This document shows, piece by piece, positions 59,608 through 64,000 of a DNA stretch of 64,000 nucleotides. The stretch spans positions 148,238 to 212,237 of the forward strand of contig JABGPZ010000069.1 of the NCBI GenBank assembly GCA_018644725.1, given 5' to 3'. A program made the translations under genes and the position numbers. The notes beneath the pieces were generated by a model. The model was given only the letters and a program-made list of their open reading frames with translations, ran no database searches and was not told where the DNA came from. Numbering within the stretch: position 1 is the first letter of the stretch; the number at the start of each line of letters is the position of its first letter. Source of the stretch: Phycisphaerales bacterium (GTDB lineage Bacteria; Planctomycetota; Phycisphaerae; SM23-33).

Positions 59608-61374
59608 TTACTCGATGATGGGCAGGGGGCCAGCGAGGGCTTCGAAGTCGGGGTTGACGTAGTCGAGGTCGGCGAAGATCGCGGCCTTGTACGAGTCAAA
59701 CTCGGGCATGCGCCATGCCATCCAGTGCTTGAGCACCTTGAGCTTGGTCGCGGCCATTTCGTCGTCGACGGTGGACTCGGCCTGGTCGGCGAACTGCGTG
59801 CCGACGACGAGGAAGATCCCCATGTCCACGAGCTTGCGCGCCATCAGGTCACGATAGGCGGTCGATTTGGTCTTGATGAACGTGACGCATTCGTCAAGCT
59901 CGACCATCTTGGCCTGGATCGTCTCGATGAAGCCCTTGGTGTCGGCCGACCATGCGTCGGCGCGGGTGGGCTTGGCGGTGATGTCTTCGATGACGGTCTT
60001 GCACGTTCCGCTCAGCACGCCAGCGACGGCCGCGAGGACCTGCAGCTGCGACGTGCCTTCATAGATCGTCGTGATCCGCGCGTCACGCATGTGGCGCTCG
60101 GAGGCGTAGTCCTTCATGTAGCCACTGCCGCCGAGGACAGCAATGGCGTCGTTGGAGACGCGCATCGACATTTCCGACCCGTAGTACTTCGCCATCGGCG
60201 TCAGCAGCTTGTTATAGCGGCCGATGCTACGGAGGGTCTTGCGGTTGGCTTTCTTTTCGTCGCCTTCCGCAACGAGGGCCTTCTTTTCGCAGGCGATCTC
60301 AATGTCGACGTTGAACGTCGCATAGTAGGTCAGCGAGCGGGCGGCCTGGAGGTCGACCTGAGAGTTGACGAGCAACTCGCGGACGGCCGGGAAGGTGTCG
60401 ATGGTCACGCCATATTGCTCGCGCGATGCGCCGTAGTCACGGGCAACGCGGTAGGCCGCTTCGCCGATGCCAATGGACTGGCTGGCGATGCCGATGCGTG
60501 CGCCGTTCATCAGGCTCATGACGTATTTGATCAGGCCGTATTGGCGTTCGCCGACGAGCTTGGCGGGGACGTGGTCGAAGAAGATTTCGCACGTGGGGCT
60601 CGCGTGGATGCCGAGCTTGTTTTCCAGGCGGCGAATCTTGACCTTCGGCCCGCGCTTGCAGACCAGCAGGCTCAGCCCGCGGCCGTCGGAGATTTCCGGC
60701 TCGGTCCGCACGAGGCACAGCAGCACTTCGCCGCAGCCGTTGGTGATGAAGCGCTTGACGCCGTGGATGAACCACTCGCCGTTTTCGTCTTGATAGGCGC
60801 TGCATCGCACGGCCTGGAGGTCGGAGCCAGCGTCGGGCTCGGTGAGCACCATCGCGGACGTCCAGTTGCCAGCGGCCATGTCCGGCAGGTATTCCTGCTT
60901 GATTTCCTCAGACGCGAATGCGTTGAGGGTGTCGGCATTGCCTTGGAGGCCATAGATGTTCATCAGCGAGGCATCCGCGCGGGAGACCATGTCGTTGGAC
61001 ATCGAGAAGACCAGCTGGGGGCAGTTGATTCCGCCGAAGCGGTACGGCAGGGTGAAGCCCATGGCCTCGGCCTGTGCGAGGCGCTCGATGGCGTTCTGGA
61101 TGCCGGGGGTGTAGGTGACGGAGCCATCGTCGTTGAGGATGTTGCCGACGTTGTCGGATTCCTCGGCGGTGGGGGCGATTTCGTCGCCACAGATTTGTCC
61201 GACGTTCTTGAGGATGCGCTCGTAGCTGTCGCGCGCGTCGTCGGCGTCTTCGGGTGCAAAGTCAAATTCCTCGTGGAAGCGGAAGTCTTCTTCCTGGAGC
61301 GTCGCAAGGCGCTCGAGGTTGAAGTGCTTGAAGAGGAACATCATGTCCTGATTGTCAGTGAAAAAGTTTGCCAT
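59608..61374 (-). CDS. Acyl-CoA dehydrogenase with C-terminal extension
   Basis: LTEPDAGSD, GVKRFITNG, KLGIHASPT, REQYG, IYEGTSQLQ. Confidence 0.95.
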   Translation of the reverse strand: MANFFTDNQDMMFLFKHFNLERLATLQEEDFRFHEEFDFAPEDADDARDSYERILKNVGQICGDEIAPTAEESDNVGNILNDDGSVTYTPGIQNAIERLAQAEAMGFTLPYRFGGINCPQLVFSMSNDMVSRADASLMNIYGLQGNADTLNAFASEEIKQEYLPDMAAGNWTSAMVLTEPDAGSDLQAVRCSAYQDENGEWFIHGVKRFITNGCGEVLLCLVRTEPEISDGRGLSLLVCKRGPKVKIRRLENKLGIHASPTCEIFFDHVPAKLVGERQYGLIKYVMSLMNGARIGIASQSIGIGEAAYRVARDYGASREQYGVTIDTFPAVRELLVNSQVDLQAARSLTYYATFNVDIEIACEKKALVAEGDEKKANRKTLRSIGRYNKLLTPMAKYYGSEMSMRVSNDAIAVLGGSGYMKDYASERHMRDARITTIYEGTSQLQVLAAVAGVLSGTCKTVIEDITAKPTRADAWSADTKGFIETIQAKMVELDECVTFIKTKSTAYRDLMARKLVDMGIFLVVGTQFADQAESTVDDEMAATKLKVLKHWMAWRMPEFDSYKAAIFADLDYVNPDFEALAGPLPIIE

Positions 61375-61393
61375 GGTAGGGTGTTCCTCCAGA

Positions 61394-62440
61394 TTAACCG
61401 TTGGTTTTGACGCTCATGCCGCCACGAATGGCTTTGATGAGCATGGGGACGACTTCGTTGAGGTCGCCGCAGATCCCGTAGTGGGCCACTTTGAAGATGT
61501 CGGCTTTGGGGTCGGAGTTGATCGCGAGGATCTTGGCCGATTCCTTCATGCCGGCGGTGTGCTGGATCGCACCGGAGATGCCGATGGCGATGTACAGCGC
61601 GGGGCGCACCGTTGTGCCCGTTTGCCCGACTTGGTGATCGTGAGGGATGTAGCCGAGGTCGACGGCCGCGCGGCTGCCCGCAGCAGTTCCGCCGAGGCAG
61701 TGGGCGAGGTCCCAGACGTGCTTGAAGTTCTCTTTGTTGCCGAGGCCTGCGCCACCGGCGACAACGATCCGCGCACCCTTGAGGTCGACCTTGGACGCTT
61801 CACGGTGAATTTCGTGAATGATCAGCTTGAGGTCGTCTTCGGTGATGCCGGTGTTGACGCGGACGAGTTCGCCTTCGCGGCCGGGGGTGGCTTCGCTCAT
61901 CGGCATCACGCCTTCGCGAACGGTCGCCATCTGGGGCCAGCGTTGGGGGTTGACGATCGTCGCGATGATGTTGCCACCGAACGCGGGACGAATCTGGTAG
62001 AGCAGATTTTCGTACGTCGTGTCGGTGCGTTTTTCGATGTGCGTGCCGATTTGGAGGTCGGTGCAGTCAGCAGTCAGGCCGCACTTCATCGTCGAGGCGA
62101 CGGTGGGGCACAGGTCGCGACCGATCGCGCTGGCACCCACGAGAAGGATTTGCGGCTTGTAGGCTTCGATGCAGTGGCAGACGGCCTTGGTGTAACTGGC
62201 GGTCTGGTATTGCGCGAGCTTGGCGTCGTCGACGAGGTAGACCTTGTCGCTGCCGTGCTCGAAGAGTGTCTTGGCCATGCCCTCGACGCCGCTGCCAATC
62301 AGCACCGTGCCCAGGCCCACGCCGAGTTGATCGGCGAGTTCACGACCCTTGGAGAGCAACTCGAGCGGAACTTCCGCAAAGTGCCCTTCTTCCTGTTCGG
62401 CGAAAACCCAGACTTCGCCTTGTTTGTTAACTTCGATCAT
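61394..62440 (-). CDS. etfA: Electron transfer flavoprotein subunit alpha
   Basis: GLTADCT, RPAFGGN, QVGQTG, GISGAIQH; start at MIEVNK. Confidence 0.95.
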   Translation of the reverse strand: MIEVNKQGEVWVFAEQEEGHFAEVPLELLSKGRELADQLGVGLGTVLIGSGVEGMAKTLFEHGSDKVYLVDDAKLAQYQTASYTKAVCHCIEAYKPQILLVGASAIGRDLCPTVASTMKCGLTADCTDLQIGTHIEKRTDTTYENLLYQIRPAFGGNIIATIVNPQRWPQMATVREGVMPMSEATPGREGELVRVNTGITEDDLKLIIHEIHREASKVDLKGARIVVAGGAGLGNKENFKHVWDLAHCLGGTAAGSRAAVDLGYIPHDHQVGQTGTTVRPALYIAIGISGAIQHTAGMKESAKILAINSDPKADIFKVAHYGICGDLNEVVPMLIKAIRGGMSVKTNG

Positions 62441-62471
62441 GTGTAGTTCCTCTATAGGTTGGATCGTGCGA

Positions 62472-63329
62472 TTAGCCGATGGTGTGTTCTTCGATGAGTT
62501 CGCTGACGAGCTTGGCGGCGCCAGCTTCGGTGGGCTCGAATTCTTCATAGTCGCCGCCCGCGAGGACGACCGACAGAATGCGGTTGACCTTGGTCGGGCT
62601 GCCGGCCATGCCGACCCACTGCATGTCACACTCGAGCGCGTCGAGGTCCCACATGTCGATCAGCAGGCCCTTTTCGGCCATTGCGTCGGGGCAAACGCCT
62701 TCGGCGAGTTCCAGCGCGCACTTGGCTTTTTTAAACTTCATCAAGCGCTTGGACATGTACGGGCGGGGGGTGTTGGCGGTGTCGAGGACGGTCACCAGAG
62801 CGGGGAGCTTGGCGGTGACGTCTTCCCAGCCATTGCCGACATTGCGCTTGACGCGGATGCCGTCGTTGCCAACGTTGATGAGCTCTTCGAGGTAGGTCAC
62901 CAGCGTAAAGCCGAGTTTTTCGGCCATCTGCGGACCCACTTGCGCGGTGTCGCCATCGATGGCCTGGCGGCCACAAAAGACGAGGTCGGCGTTGAGCTTG
63001 CGGACGGCCTGGGAGAGAATGTAGCTCGTGGCGAGCGTGTCGGACGCAGCCGCGCGGCGGTCGCTGACCAGGATGGCCTTGTCGGCGCCGCGGCAGAGCG
63101 AATCACGCAGGATTTCGCACGCGTTGGGCGGGCCCATGGTCACGACAGTGACGGTCCCGCCGTGGGCGTCGCGGACGGCCAATGCGGTTTCCAGAGCGTT
63201 CAGGTCTTCGGGATTGAAAATTGCCGGCAGGGCCGCACGGTTCACTGTGCCATCTTCTTTCATGGCATCGCCTGTGATCCGTTTGGTGTCGGGAACCTGC
63301 TTCGCGCAAACGACGATGTTATAACCCAT
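62472..63329 (-). CDS. etfB: Electron transfer flavoprotein subunit beta
   Basis: KQVPDT, MGPP, SDTLATS, GRQAIDGDTAQVGP, GSPT. Confidence 0.95.
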   Translation of the reverse strand: MGYNIVVCAKQVPDTKRITGDAMKEDGTVNRAALPAIFNPEDLNALETALAVRDAHGGTVTVVTMGPPNACEILRDSLCRGADKAILVSDRRAAASDTLATSYILSQAVRKLNADLVFCGRQAIDGDTAQVGPQMAEKLGFTLVTYLEELINVGNDGIRVKRNVGNGWEDVTAKLPALVTVLDTANTPRPYMSKRLMKFKKAKCALELAEGVCPDAMAEKGLLIDMWDLDALECDMQWVGMAGSPTKVNRILSVVLAGGDYEEFEPTEAGAAKLVSELIEEHTIG

Positions 63330-63626
63330 CGCAGTTGCTCCTTTCTAAGGGGGTCAGGTGGCGGACTCATCCTTGTTCCGCGCAGTTGTTGGTCGGTCGC
63401 CCATATCCCAATGATACAGGGGATAAAAATGGTACGCAATCCAGACTCCCGGGTCAATGACAATCGAGAATTTCAATAGGGTTTTTCGTCCATTTAATAA
63501 GCGAAATTCTTCTCGAATGTGGAACCCGAAAGGGGAAATGGGTATACTGAAATGGATTGCATCGTGTTGCGTTAGACGTGGTACGGTAGATGATTCTCTT
63601 TCTCGAAACTCAAAAGGAACAATGCA

Positions 63627-64000
63627 ATGAAGAAAACGATGATGACGGTATTGGCGATGGTGATGCTGGTGGGTGTGGCCGTGGCTGCGCCGAAGGGCGA
63701 GACCAAGGCCGCGCCAGAACAGAAACCCGCGAAGAAAACCAAGGCCGAACGCAAAGCCGTAAAGAAGGCCGCGAAAAAAGCCAAGGCCAAACCCGCCGCG
63801 AAGGGCGACACGCTCAAACCCGAAGCTGGCAGCGCTGAAGAAATCAAAGCCGTCAAGAACGCGAAGGGATCTGCAAAAAAAACCGCGAAGAAAAAACGTC
63901 GCACGGCGTATACGACCGTCACCGACGTCAAAGGTCTGCCGCGCGTGCTGATCATCGGCGACTCGATCTCCATCGGCTACACCATGCCCACGCAGGATCT
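63627..64000 (+). CDS. SGNH/GDSL hydrolase family protein (partial, runs off the window)
   Basis: Translated by eye: signal peptide MKKTMMTVLAMVMLVGVAVA, Lys/Ala-rich linker, LPRVLIIGDSISIGY block I. Confidence 0.85.
   Translation, partial: MKKTMMTVLAMVMLVGVAVAAPKGETKAAPEQKPAKKTKAERKAVKKAAKKAKAKPAAKGDTLKPEAGSAEEIKAVKNAKGSAKKTAKKKRRTAYTTVTDVKGLPRVLIIGDSISIGYTMPTQD

Overview
GC-rich bacterial chromosomal segment, most likely Planctomycetota. This is inferred from the unlinked 23S-5S rRNA locus, the short 5S rRNA, Tat-exported hydrolases and PEP-CTERM/exosortase genes. The window holds tRNA-Ile, tRNA-Ala, 23S and 5S rRNA with no 16S gene, and housekeeping genes (dacB, hisB, hisC, der, xerD, ribD, pyrG, lpxD, argH, tsf, rpsB, ribF, etfA, etfB). 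It also holds secreted carbohydrate-active enzymes and an exosortase-EpsI / TPR / deacetylase operon, with two PEP-CTERM substrate genes flanking xerD. The most unusual signals are: (1) a Y1/HUH transposase bracketed by ~86-bp triple-hairpin inverted arms, with two gene-less copies of the arm pair elsewhere in the window; (2) two gene-terminus duplications whose copies differ only at synonymous positions; (3) a recurring -10 box 6-7 nt before ATG (leaderless architecture); (4) a Cys-free HypA-like protein and Cys-free thioester-domain-like PEP-CTERM proteins. All calls come from reading the sequence by eye; no database search was run.
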